A stretch of 63,445 bases of DNA, the filler included, from Sphacelaria rigidula (taxonomy: Eukaryota), in the NCBI GenBank assembly GCA_964200075.2. It is 6 parts of 6 records of this genome, joined end to end, with 100 filler letters (N's around TTAATTAATTAA, not from the genome) between each part and the next. Parts side by side here need not be neighbours in the genome. Positions count along the whole stretch, not along the records: positions 31,776 to 42,265 come from CAXNAA020006404.1; positions 42,366 to 52,855 come from CAXNAA020006405.1; 4 more parts are not named here. The stretch is one strand, 5' to 3'. This document shows positions 35,131 through 47,398 of this stretch, in pieces. The notes beneath the pieces are model-generated. The model saw only the letters and a list, made by a program, of their open reading frames with translations, was not told where the DNA came from and made no database searches. The translations under genes and the position numbers were made by a program. Positions within the stretch are counted from its first letter, which is position 1; every line of letters starts with the position of its first letter.

Positions 35131-35988
35131 CCAAACACCTTTGTAGCGTGAGAAAGTTCGACTTTCTTTCATTTTCAGTGGGTTTTACTCAAGCGCTTTC
35201 TGCAATTCTGTTTTTACGGAGTGATGACGCCTAGTAGTCTTATGTTAGTACTCATCACACCGGCACGTGTGGCACATATCGTCCATACGCCTTTGGCCAC
35301 GATCACACCGCTGGATATGTACGTCGAATGCGTTGTACAAACCCCTGTTGAAGATGAAAACGTTGACCCTGTAGGAAAGATAGGAGGCAATACGGGTACT
35401 GCCCAAGTCAAACCGTCGCTCAATCATTTTGATTTCGTAGACAGGGTGGGGCCAGGATTCAATCGAACGTCATAGCCTACACTTTTCCACCCATATGTGC
35501 AGTATAAATAAGTAGAACACATGTGACTGCGCTGGTGGTTGGTCTCTGAAAAAAAATGCACAACAATTCACATTTGCAAAATGATCCCGATATATGTAGT
35601 CAGGCGTTCTGGGGACGAAGGACCAAAGTTGAACGCTTCGAAGTGACTTTTTTGGAAGGCCCTCGACAAGAGCTGTTATTCTAAACTCAGTATTGGTTTC
35701 GACGCGAGCGGCGTCAGGATGGCCAAAAAGCACCTCGGAATAGTAGTTTCCGCATCTTACATTTTTTTTTCATTCCTCGTCGGGTCGTTCTGTTTCGTGT
35801 GGCGAAACAAAAGTCCCGCGGGTTTTTACTACAGACTTGTAGCCGGGTGCTACTGCTCCACAAAGCTGGAGCCCACAGAAGAGGTTGCTCACAGAGAAAC
35901 ATGTTTCAGGCACGTTACAAGCGCTGAAATGTGAAATTGCTCCGTTTGCCATTGATTATGTCCCCCGTGTCTTTTGCATCTTCTGCAG

Positions 35989-38900
35989 CATCCAGACAAG
36001 TGTCCCGGAGATGAGGCTGCGAAGAGTCGCTTTCAGGCACTGTCGATGGTGCATGCGGTCTTGTCTGATCCGGAAAGGCGAAGGCTCTATGACGAAACCG
36101 GTGAAGTAAACGAGGAAGGAGACACGGAAACAGCCCAAGAGGGTGACATGTGGTGAGTGAAGGTGGGGCTAACATTATTACGCGCGAGCATTGAATGCTC
36201 TGGGCGTGATGAGCGGTGATGATCACTGCGCTGTTCGATTCAGGTTGCAACCCCATCGCCTAAGGGTTTTAAAGTTCAGTAATGATTTTGCACACGCCCG
36301 ATAGAACGGAACAGATTCTGTTGTTTCAGATATTTGCTCTAGAACACGCGTTGTTGTACGCGAAGAGATCATCTAATAACTTCTGGGGGGGGCTGTTCTG
36401 TCCACATTCCCTTCTGTTCGGCAAGTCGGAAGAGATTGAGGCTGCCATGTGGCCATGTCTCCATGAAAAAGGTTTGCCTAAAGACACGTACTCATGCTGT
36501 GTGATTGATTCGATTCGATCGACTATCGTGGATCAACTGATGCCCGAGGGAGCTTTTGTCATTATTCACAAGATGGACACACACGTACACACGCAAGGTA
36601 CAGTATGTGAACAAAACGGAAAGGCTTGCTAAAGAGAAAAAAAGCGGAGAAACAAGACGATAAAACAACCAAACGGAGTAAACTGAAAAACGAACAGGTA
36701 AATCTGAATGTGAGGATACGTGTTGTACATGTACATTTATGCCGAACGTCTCATGTACACAAACACGCACAGGCATCTGTATGTCTGCCCGCCGAATGGC
36801 AATTTTTTGCCGAAGCAACATACTTATGCCGAATCCGAGGATGTGTAATATTGCTGCTATAGCACTGCAGTGACGTTCCGGTCTATCGTGATGATACATT
36901 ATTACTTACCGAACGGGACCCTAACGTACCTCACTGAAAAGTTTACCCTAAGAAAGCCTTGAAAAAATCGTTCGTCTGATGAAGACAACTTTTTAAACCT
37001 TCAAAAACGGTGATTCAGATTTGTGCCGAACGTCTTATGTGCTTAACCCTTTTGGAACCCATTGACAATTTCTGTTTCTGTAAATCGGCATCATTTTCAG
37101 TCATTGTCAAGTCAAAATTAAGTCAAAATGATGTCGATTCACATGAACAAGAATCGTCAGCGGGTTCCAAAAGGCTTAAACATACTCAAATATCCGGATA
37201 TCTGCCCGCCGAATCTCTCTATATTTGCCCACATATGCCTCCATCACATGGATAGATTGATGGGGTAGTTACAAAGGGTAGTTACAAAGCGCCTGGACAG
37301 GGAGGTGTTGGCTAGTGAAGTAGATATTTGCAGATGGTTGTCGAAACGACGAGGCAGAAGTGACGCAGCGAGTTGACATCAGCAGCTATCATTCCGTGCG
37401 TTTCGACTGCTCAGCTGGGGCTCGTCACCTTGCTCTACCCTCCCTTGACTATCTCCCGACCGGCAGGTGTGAGTACTGGCGAACCCTGTTCCCGAAGATC
37501 ACTGAGGCCGATATTGACTCTTTCAGCGTAAAATACAAGGTGAAGACCAGTGTTTCTCACTGTGCAATTGCAACGCCTGTTAGCTTGTGCTGTATTTGAG
37601 TGGCTCAAGGGGCGAAGATTCGAACTCACGTCACCCCAATCCTCCCGAGTCGTTCCGTTGAGTTCAGACCATGCGCAGGATTGAACGAGGGATGTGTTGA
37701 GTCAATCAGTCAGTCCTCTATTAATAACGTAACGTATAATGCACAATTACCCAGTCGCTCGTACAGTTACGTCATGCGCGGTGTACATCTGACGTCTGGT
37801 GGTTTTTGCATTGCTCTCCGCGGTGACTGGTGAGTTCTACTCTCGCTGCATCAAGACAAAGTTGGTAGTTTGCAGGTCAAGCTATCACGATGGATGATGA
37901 CTGACGGCTACAAATAGCGACTGATTTGGCATGCGTGATTCAACCTTGAGAAATATTGTAGTTGAGGGGTTCACGGGTGCACACGCAACGAAGGGTATTC
38001 TTCTCAATATGCCCGATGGACAAGTCGTGCATGGTGTGCATCATCTTTGTGTCGGCTGAAGTACTTGCTGCTGTCGCTCTAGGGTATCTTTGAAGCAGGC
38101 CGGCTAATATCTCAATGATTACAAAATCACGCGCTGACATTGGCTGCTTCTTATTTCCAGGGCTCGGAAGAAGAGACGCGAGATGTACTCGCAGCATACA
38201 AAAAGGCCAAGGGCAACATGTGCGCGGTCATGGACTCGATAATGCTCGCAACCGACGGTGAGCCTTCTTGTCAGGCATTTCGAAAACATGCGCGTGCTGC
38301 CTTTCAACGCACTGAAAGTATGTATGTATGACGACTGTAGTCAGCTGGAGAAGAGGCACGACATGTGCGCGCCCGGTGCCGAGTCGCCGACTTGTAGACG
38401 TCTTGAGCGCCGCGCGTTACTACCTGGCGAAGTGTGTTTGGTAGACTGGGATGGTATTCTTGGTGTAATACTCGTAGCCGTTAAGCCGTTAGTAGCTCGC
38501 GGTACATAGTGCCATGTACGATGTGGGCTCTAGGAGAGTGCAAGCAAATCTGGCGACTACTTAGCACAGAGGTGCACGCATGTTTGACGTCGCTGCTTTC
38601 TCCGCTGCACACCTTCAACTCTTCACAACAGCGGATGAAGAGCGGTTCAGGGGTCTGATTGAGTTAGCCATGCAACGCAAGGAAGTGCCCAGTTTTGCCG
38701 CCTTTCGGAAAGCCGCCGAGAAGAAAACGGCCGGTGCGGCAAAGGCAGCTGCCAAGCGCAAGGCAAAGGCGGACAAGGTGCATGCACAATAAAGTAGGTC
38801 CTTTGGTGCTCGTGGCGATGTTTGACACACTTTACAGTATTTTGTAATCATGACTCACTTGGTCACCCCCACATCACTTTGGTGAAACAGGAAGCAGCGG

Positions 38901-39597
38901 AAGCTGAGGAACTGATGGCGAAGATAAAAGGTCGTCACAAGGAACGCAGCGATGCGACGTCGTTGTCAACTCACCGTTCAAGGCAATTCGACAGCATGGT
39001 ATGTCAAGCACGTCTCTCACCTAGTCCAGAGCTTGTTGGGGTTCACAAAAAGAGCGCAGCATGTTCCACCTTTGGCTGGGCCGACGAACGCACTTTTCGG
39101 GAACCAGTCGTAAGCTGCAATCGCGTATTTAACGACATGAATTTCGCACGAACTGCCACGAGGCATCCAGTGCGTATCTTTAGGCGAGTCTCTATTGCTG
39201 AGGTGAAGTTTTGCATGTACGCTCTTGTGACGTCAATGCACGTGCGCGAACACAGCCACGATTGCTCGTACATGACATGGCGTCGGGGGACATGCGTGCG
39301 CAACTCTGGCAAACAGGGTCCCCAATTTTTATACGCTTTGCATCTGACGGTGTACGTCCCCGGTATGTGGTTTGATTCTAACAGCTACCGTGACACAATT
39401 ACTCCCAATACTTGCGCCAGGTTTCGTCGCTTGAGGAGCGTTATGGCGGAGCCAGCGCACGCGGCAGCGCACGCGGCACCTCGACGAAGCAAGGTCGAGC
39501 GAAACGCACGAAGAACTCTCCATCCCCTGATGACTTGGATGACGCAGAATTCGAGCGCATTCAGAAAAAACTCACTGAAAAACGGGCCAAGCGATGA
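35989..39597 (+). CDS. DNAJC9: DnaJ subfamily C member 9-like J-protein (6 exons: 35989-36152, 37467-37539, 38161-38257, 38632-38777, 38891-38998, 39421-39597; 5' exon not located)
   Basis: HPDK motif with LSDPERRRLYDETG; W.EYWRTLFPKIT..DIDSF..KYKGSEEE..DVLAAY....GNM..VMDSI; DEERF; EAAEAEEL; FDSMVSSLEERYG; DAEFERIQKKL. Canonical GT-AG junctions splice in phase (2,0,1,0,0). Confidence 0.88.
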
Positions 39598-39808
39598 CGG
39601 GGTGCATACTCCAGCCTTCGGTTCCTCCACACAGTAGAGATCTGTTGGACACGGCGTTGGTACAGCGACCGGGGGGGTATGGCCAAACGTGCTTCATCAG
39701 CCCTGTCACCAAAATATGCCGTCGAGTATATCGCAGCGATTGCTCGCTTCTTCAAGTTGTACTGTTAAGGTCCATGATCACCCGTCTTTTCATTTTTTCT
39801 CATGCCGA

Positions 39809-40421
39809 CAAGGGTCTGTCAAAAATATATTTTGGGACACGTAGGCCCCAAGATCGAAAATTCGAGTTTTTGAGGGGGGGGCACACCCAGCCTGCTGTCC
39901 ACTTGTTTGTTGCCGAGGCGTTGGCGAATGCGGTCAGCTGTTGTGTACAGAGATCCTTGGCATGGAGACCGCTGAGATGACGGACACACCGCCCGTCCAA
40001 GTTCATCACCTACCATGATTACATTTATGGGATCATGTTCTGTGTCGTGTGCCTCGACTACTTACCACTAGTAGTCCGGGAAAATTTGGCGAGGCGTGAG
40101 ATAATGTTGCTACTTTGGCTACAGGCTGTTGCTACCGTGCGCTCGTGTTTTGTACATAGATGTGAGCGTTGCCGGCATCCGAGGTCATTGGCACAGGGCG
40201 GGTAAGGAGCAGGAACATATTTACGAACCTCGCAAAGCCCGCCAGACTTTTCGGTTTTCGTTGGTGTTGATTGATCATCTTTTTCCAACAATTTCAACAA
40301 AAAAATCACAAAAAAATCTTCAAAAAAGTAAAAAATAATATCAATTTTCGCAAAAATCCTCTCCGGGAGGAGGGGGGGGGGCGCTCCGCCGTGTCCGAAA
40401 TTTTCTCTCGACAGACGCTTG
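39809..40421. mobile_element. 613-bp TIR element, CAAG(G/C)GTCTGTC termini, perfect 7-bp TSD ATGCCGA
   Basis: TSD at 39802-39808 and 40422-40428; imperfect ~30-bp TIRs ending in GGACACG. Confidence 0.8.
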
Positions 40422-41953
40422 ATGCCGAGGTTATTTTTTCTCCAGTCTCTCAACGATGTCCGCCGAAGATTTCAAGTCAGCCAATCATGATAATCCCCGC
40501 GCATGGTAACGACGGGCGCACAGCGGTGCAACTTATCATAATTTTGTCCTTCCTCCGCACTAGCGTGCGTGCAAATACCACACACAAAATGCAGTTTGGT
40601 GGCTCACATAGAAATCACACTCGGCCGCTTTCTGCGCTCTGCTGTAGTACTCGCGCAGGCGCACGACTGACAGGGCACTCGTTTAGTTGACGATTTAAAC
40701 AGTTCCATCGACAAACCAGGCCGTGCCATCGGCAATCAATGGCTGTGACCAGAGCATGGATGTTCGCTTCGTCGGAGTTAAGGAGATTTGATTTTTTCGG
40801 GACCATTAGACCATAAATGCCAAGGCGATCCATGTATTTGATTGGTTTTGTTGTTGCCATCCTTGCTCATAAGTATAAATACCCCAACTGTCGGCATATG
40901 GTTCTCATCGTACGAGGATCAAACACGGGGTCTGTTGTGCAGTGTGTGCTGAGTCTTAATGGGTTCGACACGGTAGAAATTGATCAACTCGAAAATGTGC
41001 TCTTGACGTGTATCAAGCCTTTTATTTTATCAGTGCCCGGGACCACTTTTGCACATGTGACATTCGGTCGCCGATTATTCAACCATGACATTGCTTCAGG
41101 CGTAAATCCAATGAGCATTGGTTAGCCGCCCGGGTGATTGGCATATTTGCTTTTGAGTTTTCTGGAGTTTTAGCCCTGACCAGTATGATTGCAGTCTGAC
41201 ACGGCTGAACGGGGGGGGCTGGGGAGTTTGCAGGCCGTGTCCCCGAAGGCTCAGTATCGAACGGCCCCTGATGGAAGCAGGGTCTGCGGCAAGAACAGGG
41301 AAGGACAAATCCACCGCTGCGGCTACCTGCGTATTGCTTGTCTATGTCAACATGCCTTCGTCCTGCTCGATTGGCTGTTGGGAAAGGCTGAGGAATTCTC
41401 GCACACCTCTGGCCAAACATCGGAACACCAACCAACCACACCCTGCATCCGCATGAGCAGACCGCATGCACACTCCCGACTAGATACGCAACGCCCTCCA
41501 TTTATTCAGCAAGAAACAGTCATGTGCGTTGACTACATGCATCTACTGCTCTTTCCGTGATCACTGCTAGTATTGTGCGCTGTGCTGTTTACGACTCTGG
41601 AACGGCAATCCCGCTAGCCCCGGCTTATGCACGAATGACCAAGTGTACGTGACTTCCAGCATGTACGTGGCAACGGTTTTCTCAATCTAAGGCCCTATTT
41701 TCAAGATCCCGCCTTCCCGAGACGAGAAAAATGAGATTGCATTGTGGCGATGAAAATGACTGTGGCTGGCGGTGTTCGTGTTTTTTCGTGTCCTTCCGGA
41801 GTCATCTTACGATAGGGGGGGGGGGGGGGGGGGGCATGTGACGAAAAAAGGGCCCTCTTAGCGTGCGGCCCGCCCGCCCCCCCCCCCCGCGGGCCGGTAT
41901 TTGGTGAAANNNNNNNNNNGGGGGTGGGGGGGGGGGGGGGGGGGGGGGGGCGT

Positions 41954-41990
<37 letters not shown>

Positions 41991-42365
41991 CGATTGCACG
42001 AAAAAAGGGGCTCATTAGTGTGTCGGACGACCTGCCACTCTCGCGGTGCGCTTGTATTTGGTTAAAAACGGTGTCAATCGGTATGAGTGAGCGTTAATCA
42101 TCTGTAACAAGCTCGTTCGAGCAACCATTGCTGCTTTCAACGACGATTTGACTTGGAATTTCGTGCAAGAAGTGATCCAAAATACCACTTCACAACAGAT
42201 CGCATATCAAACAGCTCCCTATGGAAAAGATCGTGTTACATATGATAGTCTTGCCACGCAGTTCGNNNNNNNNNNNNNNNNNNNNNNNNNNNNNNNNNNN
42301 NNNNNNNNNTTAATTAATTAANNNNNNNNNNNNNNNNNNNNNNNNNNNNNNNNNNNNNNNNNNNN

Positions 42366-43043
42366 GATCCGACGATTCGAGTCGCGATCGTCACGGGAGC
42401 GGGCGAACGAGCTTTCTGCACGGGAGCCGACCTCGGTCGACTCATCCCGTTGTTCACTGGAGCGCGCCCGCCCGAGGACGAATGGGACGAACGCCTCCGA
42501 GCCGACCTCAGGTTGCTCGACAAGGCCCTCCTGCGCCGGACCGACTTCTCCGTGCCGGTGATCGCCGCCGTTCGCGGGTTCGCCCTCGCCGGCGGCACCG
42601 AACTCGTGCTCGGTACCGACTTGCGCATCGCCGCCGACGACAGTGAGTTCGGACTCACCGAGGTATCCCGAGGAATCATTCCAGCGGGAGGCGGGCTGGC
42701 CAAGCTTGCCCGTCAGGTGCCGTGGGCGAAAGCAGCCGAGATCATATTTGTCGGCGATCGGATCACGGCCCAATCCGCCGCCGATATGGGACTCGTCAAC
42801 AAACTCGTCCCCGCAGATCAGGTGATGAATGAGGCGCTGAAGCTTGCGCGGCGGATGGCCGAGAACGGACCACTCGCAATGCGGAAGGCGAAAGAGGTCA
42901 TGATCAGTTCAAGCGGTTTCCCGCTTGAAGACGCCTACAAGATCGAGTCGAAAGCGGCCGCCGCGGTGATGTCATCGGCCGACGCAATCGAGGGCCCACG
43001 GGCCTTCATCGAAAAGCGCCGTCCGAACTTCGGCGGCCAATGA
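42366..43043 (+). CDS. Enoyl-CoA hydratase/isomerase (crotonase family), 5'-truncated
   Basis: Open from the contig edge: DPTIRVAIVTGAGERAFCTGADL, GFALAGGTEL, FGLTEVSRG (both catalytic-position Glu), EGPRAFIEKRRPNF. Confidence 0.95.
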   Translation, partial: DPTIRVAIVTGAGERAFCTGADLGRLIPLFTGARPPEDEWDERLRADLRLLDKALLRRTDFSVPVIAAVRGFALAGGTELVLGTDLRIAADDSEFGLTEVSRGIIPAGGGLAKLARQVPWAKAAEIIFVGDRITAQSAADMGLVNKLVPADQVMNEALKLARRMAENGPLAMRKAKEVMISSSGFPLEDAYKIESKAAAAVMSSADAIEGPRAFIEKRRPNFGGQ

Positions 43044-43164
43044 CGAGGCTTCCACTCTCCCGCCGCCAAACTCCTCACGCAAGATGCACATGCAACACAC
43101 GGCGCCTCTTGTCTCAAAGCGGTCGACCGTCTAGGGTCAACAGAATCCAACCGAGGGGATCGTC

Positions 43165-44292
43165 ATGTCGTTCAACTTTCCGGTCATCAGCGCTGACTCA
43201 CACATCACCGAGCCGCCCGATTGCTACAGCGCCAACATCGATCCGGCATTCCGAGATCGGGCTCCCAACATGATCGAGGATCCCGTCCGAGGGGACGTGT
43301 TCGTCGTGCCGGGGATGAAGTCGACGGTCCCGATGGGCCTGGTTGCGGCCGCCGGAAAGCCAGCGGAAGAGCTCGTGCAGGAGGGGGTGAAGTTCGACGA
43401 ACTCCACCAGTCGGGTTACGACGCGACGAAGCGGCTGGCCGACCAGGACCGTGATGGTGTGTCCGCTGAGGTGATCTATCCGACGGTCGGGATGGTGCTC
43501 TGCGGCCACCCGGACGTCGACTACAAGCGGGCGTGCTTCAACGCCTACAACAAGTGGATCACCGACTACTGCTCAGAGTCGCCTGATCGTTTGCTTGGTT
43601 GTGGCCAGACTGCGTTGCGAACCGTGGCGGAGGGTATTGCCGACATCGAGGCGATCAAGGCAGCCGGGTTACGCGGCGTCATGATGCCGGGGAGCCCTGG
43701 GACCGAGGAGGACTACGACGACCCGATCTGGGATCCGTTCTGGGAAGCCGCAGTCGCTCTGGGTTTGCCGCTCAGCTTCCACATTCTCACTGCCAAGGGT
43801 GGTGGTTGGCGCGGTCCCCGGCTCAACAGTTTCATGTCGATCATCCGGAGTATTCAGGACATCATGGGGACTCTGGTGTTCGGTGGGGTCTTCGACCGCC
43901 ATCCGAACTTGAAGGTGGTGTGTGTCGAAGCTGATGCGGGCTGGGTGCCGCACTACATGTATCGGATGGACCACGCCTACAACCGGCACCGCAACTGGCT
44001 ACAGCCAGGTGTCTCGCTCAACCGGTTGCCCTCTGAGTATTTCGCCGAGCACATCTATGTCACCTTCCAAGATGACTGGACGGCGTTCTCTCAGGCGGAT
44101 CAGATGAACTGGCGTCGCCTCATGTGGGCCAACGATTTCCCGCATTCGGATTCGACGTGGCCGTGGTCGCAGGAGATGCTCGACGAACAGACCAAAAAGC
44201 TCTCTGCTGAGCAGACCGAGGCGATCCTGTGCGGCAACGTCGCCGAACTGTACGGCATCGACCTCAGTGCGCTTGTCTCGACCGCGGCGTGA
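43165..44292 (+). CDS. Amidohydrolase family 2 metallo-hydrolase/decarboxylase
   Basis: ISADSH, LSFHI, VEADAGWVP and WANDFPHSD motifs; SD GAGGGG upstream. Confidence 0.92.
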   Translation: MSFNFPVISADSHITEPPDCYSANIDPAFRDRAPNMIEDPVRGDVFVVPGMKSTVPMGLVAAAGKPAEELVQEGVKFDELHQSGYDATKRLADQDRDGVSAEVIYPTVGMVLCGHPDVDYKRACFNAYNKWITDYCSESPDRLLGCGQTALRTVAEGIADIEAIKAAGLRGVMMPGSPGTEEDYDDPIWDPFWEAAVALGLPLSFHILTAKGGGWRGPRLNSFMSIIRSIQDIMGTLVFGGVFDRHPNLKVVCVEADAGWVPHYMYRMDHAYNRHRNWLQPGVSLNRLPSEYFAEHIYVTFQDDWTAFSQADQMNWRRLMWANDFPHSDSTWPWSQEMLDEQTKKLSAEQTEAILCGNVAELYGIDLSALVSTAA

Positions 44293-46238
44293 CCGATTGC
44301 GAGAGCGATATGACGGACGGTGATCTCGCCGCTGCTCTCGCTGCGGCCGATCTCCGGGTCCTTGTGATTTGTTTGTTTCACATGACAGGCGATCGCAAGT
44401 GGCTCGAGCCGCCATACCGACCGGTCCGCGACGTTCGTCTGATCGCTGACCCTGATGCTGGCTTTGACCCTGCGGTGGGCGCCGAGATCCGTCGCGCCGC
44501 GTACGACTGGTTGAGCGGACAATCCTGCTCGCCAGCAGTAGATGACCCAGGTGCGGACTCATTTGCCGAAATGGTCTCGGTCTTCCTCGGCGAGACGGTA
44601 CCTGATGAGTACATCCCTCTGATCCGACAGGACATGGGGTTCGACCACAACGATGTCGACTGGCCCCACGACGAGGTACCAGTTGATCGGCCGGATGTGA
44701 TCATCGTTGGTGCCGGCGTCTCGGGAGTATGCCTCGCAGCGAAGCTTCGTCGTCTCGGCATTGACCATCGAGTGTTCGAGAAGAACGCTGATGTCGGTGG
44801 CACGTGGTTCGAGAATCGGTACCCGGGGTGTGGTGTCGACACTCCCAATCACTTCTACTCCTACTCGTTCGCGCCGAACTCCCAATGGAAACACTTCTTT
44901 TCACCACGCGATGAACTACAGGCCTACGTCGAGGACTGCGCGACCGCGTTCGGCATCCGGGATTGCATCGAGTTCGACACGACCGTGACGGGAGCGTCAT
45001 GGGACGCCGACTCGAAGCGGTGGAATGTCACGGTGCGCGGACCTGACGGGACAGACCGAGTTGAATCGGCAGCGATTTTCGTTGCCGCATCAGGCCACTT
45101 CAACCAGCCGACCGTCGCGGAGTTCCCGGGCCAGAGCGAGTTCGCTGGCGAGATCTTCCACACCGCTCGGTGGCCCGATGACGCCGACCTCACCGGGAAA
45201 CGAGTCGGCATTGTCGGGACCGGGGCGTCATCGATGCAGGTCGTTCCCACGATCGCAGGCGAGGTCGACTCGCTCACGATTTTCCAACGTACTCCGCAGT
45301 GGGCCCGGCCGATCCCCGAGTACAACCTGCGCGTCGCCACCGAATCCCAGTGGCTGTTCGATCACGTCCCCTACTACGACCGCTGGTTCCGCTTCGCCCA
45401 GTTCTGGCGCTATGGCGACGGGCTGTTGCGTTTCTTGAACAAGGACCCGAATTGGGAATACCCCGATCGTTCGCTGAACCGGATCAATGACCGCCATCGC
45501 CAGGAGATGGCCGACTACATCACTGATAAACTTGCGTCGCACCCGGAACTGATCGACAAGTGCATGCCGACGTATCCGCCATTCGGGAAGCGAATTTTGA
45601 TCGACAACGGCTGGTTCGACACGCTGTGCGAGCCCCACGTCGAGCTGGTCACCGCAGGGATCGACCACTTCACTGCGACGGGTTGTGTGACCGCCGATGG
45701 TGCCGTCCACGAGCTCGATGTGATGATCATGGCCACGGGATTCACGGTGACGAACCTGGCGGCACGGCTCAACGTTACCGGACGCGACGGGCGTCGCCTG
45801 GCTGACGACTGGGCGCACGACAATCCGACCGCACACCTGGGGATCACGGTGCCGGCGTTCCCGAACTTCTTCGTGATGTACGGACCCAACACCAACATGG
45901 GTCACGGTGGAAGCGGTATCTGGCTTGCCGAAACCCAGACCCACTACATCGTCAAGTGCATCGTCGAGATGGTGCGCAACGGTTTCAATGCCGTCGAGGT
46001 TCGTCCCGAAGTCCGCCGCGCCTACACCGAACGGGTCGACGAGATGCACGAACAGCTGATCTGGACCCACGAGGGCACACGCACGTACTACCGCAACCGC
46101 TTCGGCAAGGTCCGATCGCCGATGCCATTCCGTCTTGTCGACTACTGGCTGATGACCCGCGCCCCGGACTTCGACGACTTCGTTACCAGCGCCGTTGGCA
46201 CCACCGTCGATACGCCGGCCAACGCTGGACGAAGCTGA
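44289..46238 (+). CDS. Type I Baeyer-Villiger monooxygenase, 4-hydroxyacetophenone monooxygenase-like (long N-terminal extension)
   Basis: Two Rossmann motifs (GAGVSG, GTGAS), GGTWFENRYPG and the BVMO fingerprint FAGEIFHTARWP. Start is either the GTG overlapping the upstream stop or the ATG at 44310. Confidence 0.93.
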   Translation: MTDCESDMTDGDLAAALAAADLRVLVICLFHMTGDRKWLEPPYRPVRDVRLIADPDAGFDPAVGAEIRRAAYDWLSGQSCSPAVDDPGADSFAEMVSVFLGETVPDEYIPLIRQDMGFDHNDVDWPHDEVPVDRPDVIIVGAGVSGVCLAAKLRRLGIDHRVFEKNADVGGTWFENRYPGCGVDTPNHFYSYSFAPNSQWKHFFSPRDELQAYVEDCATAFGIRDCIEFDTTVTGASWDADSKRWNVTVRGPDGTDRVESAAIFVAASGHFNQPTVAEFPGQSEFAGEIFHTARWPDDADLTGKRVGIVGTGASSMQVVPTIAGEVDSLTIFQRTPQWARPIPEYNLRVATESQWLFDHVPYYDRWFRFAQFWRYGDGLLRFLNKDPNWEYPDRSLNRINDRHRQEMADYITDKLASHPELIDKCMPTYPPFGKRILIDNGWFDTLCEPHVELVTAGIDHFTATGCVTADGAVHELDVMIMATGFTVTNLAARLNVTGRDGRRLADDWAHDNPTAHLGITVPAFPNFFVMYGPNTNMGHGGSGIWLAETQTHYIVKCIVEMVRNGFNAVEVRPEVRRAYTERVDEMHEQLIWTHEGTRTYYRNRFGKVRSPMPFRLVDYWLMTRAPDFDDFVTSAVGTTVDTPANAGRS

Positions 46239-46242
46239 CCGC

Positions 46243-47397
46243 ATGTACCCCGAACGACAACGCGAGCTACTCGCTCGGATCAACGCCCACCGCCGGGCCG
46301 GCAGGTCAACCGATGAAGCCGAGGCGACGATGATGATAGCGACGGCGACCTACACCGATCCCGAACGGCTTGACGCCGAACGGAGCCTGCTCGACCGTGC
46401 ACCAACCGTCGTAGGGCTGTCGGGGCTGTTGCCGACCAATGGGTCGTACGCAACCGTCGACGTTGGCGGCGCGTCAGTGATCGTGACGCGCGACCGTGAC
46501 GGGCGGGTGTGCGCCATGTTCAACGTGTGCCGACACCGAGGAGCCGAGATCACGGTGGGATGCGGTGAGACCGCTCGTCTGGCGTGCCCCTACCACGGCT
46601 GGACGTACCACCTCGACGGAACATCCGCGGCTCGCCGGCGTGCTGAATACTTTGACGGAACGCCCACCGAAGCGTTGACGCCGCTCCCGGTGCTCGAGCA
46701 AGACGGCATCATCTGGGTCTCGGGCGATCCCGATGCCGACATCCCGCCGAACCCGCTGCAGGGAGCGCAGGTCGAACTGGCGCCGTTCGACCTTGCCGGG
46801 TTCCGACTTTTCGACTCGACCAACTTCACTCGGCCGATCAACTGGAAGCTCGCCATCGACACGTTTTGCGAGGCATACCACCTGTCAACGCTGCACAAGC
46901 ACACCCTCGCCCCCATGATCCACGACGACTTCTCGCTGTTCGATCCGGCTGGCATGCACGGTCGGATGGTGTCGACGCGCAAGTCGATCGACGATCTCGT
47001 CCCCACCGACGACACCTCATCCGACTTGCTGCCACACGCAACGATCCTCTGGTTTCTCGTCCCCAACACAGTACTGATCCACCAGCAAGACCACGTCCAG
47101 CTCTACCAGAGTCGGCCGGGCCGCACTGCAGGTGAGGCTCATCTCACCGTGTCGCTCTACACACCTCCGAACTCCGCCCGACCCGACAAATATTGGGCCA
47201 AGAATTTCGAGCTTCTCGTCGACGTCACCGACACCGAAGACTTCGCAACCGCTGCAGGCATCCAGCGCGGCTACCAGACACGTGCGCAGGGGCATGTCAT
47301 GTTCGGTCGCAACGAACCCGCCCTGCAACACTTCCACCGGTCGCTCGCCACGCTGTTGGGCGAAGGCGAACGCGTGGGGAACGAAGGAAAGGGATGA
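46243..47397 (+). CDS. Rieske non-heme iron oxygenase alpha subunit
   Basis: Rieske CRHRG...CPYHGW; mononuclear iron motif NWKLAIDTFCEAYHLSTLH and C-terminal EDF...IQRG. Confidence 0.94.
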   Translation: MYPERQRELLARINAHRRAGRSTDEAEATMMIATATYTDPERLDAERSLLDRAPTVVGLSGLLPTNGSYATVDVGGASVIVTRDRDGRVCAMFNVCRHRGAEITVGCGETARLACPYHGWTYHLDGTSAARRRAEYFDGTPTEALTPLPVLEQDGIIWVSGDPDADIPPNPLQGAQVELAPFDLAGFRLFDSTNFTRPINWKLAIDTFCEAYHLSTLHKHTLAPMIHDDFSLFDPAGMHGRMVSTRKSIDDLVPTDDTSSDLLPHATILWFLVPNTVLIHQQDHVQLYQSRPGRTAGEAHLTVSLYTPPNSARPDKYWAKNFELLVDVTDTEDFATAAGIQRGYQTRAQGHVMFGRNEPALQHFHRSLATLLGEGERVGNEGKG

Positions 47398-47398
47398 A

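Noticed and set aside
38822..39637. 271-aa ORF as a stand-alone gene
   Set aside because: Only 38891-38998 is a DNAJC9-like exon; the rest is intron or out of frame.
41815..41990. Proline-rich ORF / G-quadruplex region (also 25945-26070)
   Set aside because: G-runs flank N gaps and look like low-quality sequence; lengths are unreliable.
45228..46283. Long antisense or alternate-frame ORFs in the bacterial contig (351, 287, 270, 259 aa and others)
   Set aside because: Shadow ORFs of high-GC genes with no motifs.
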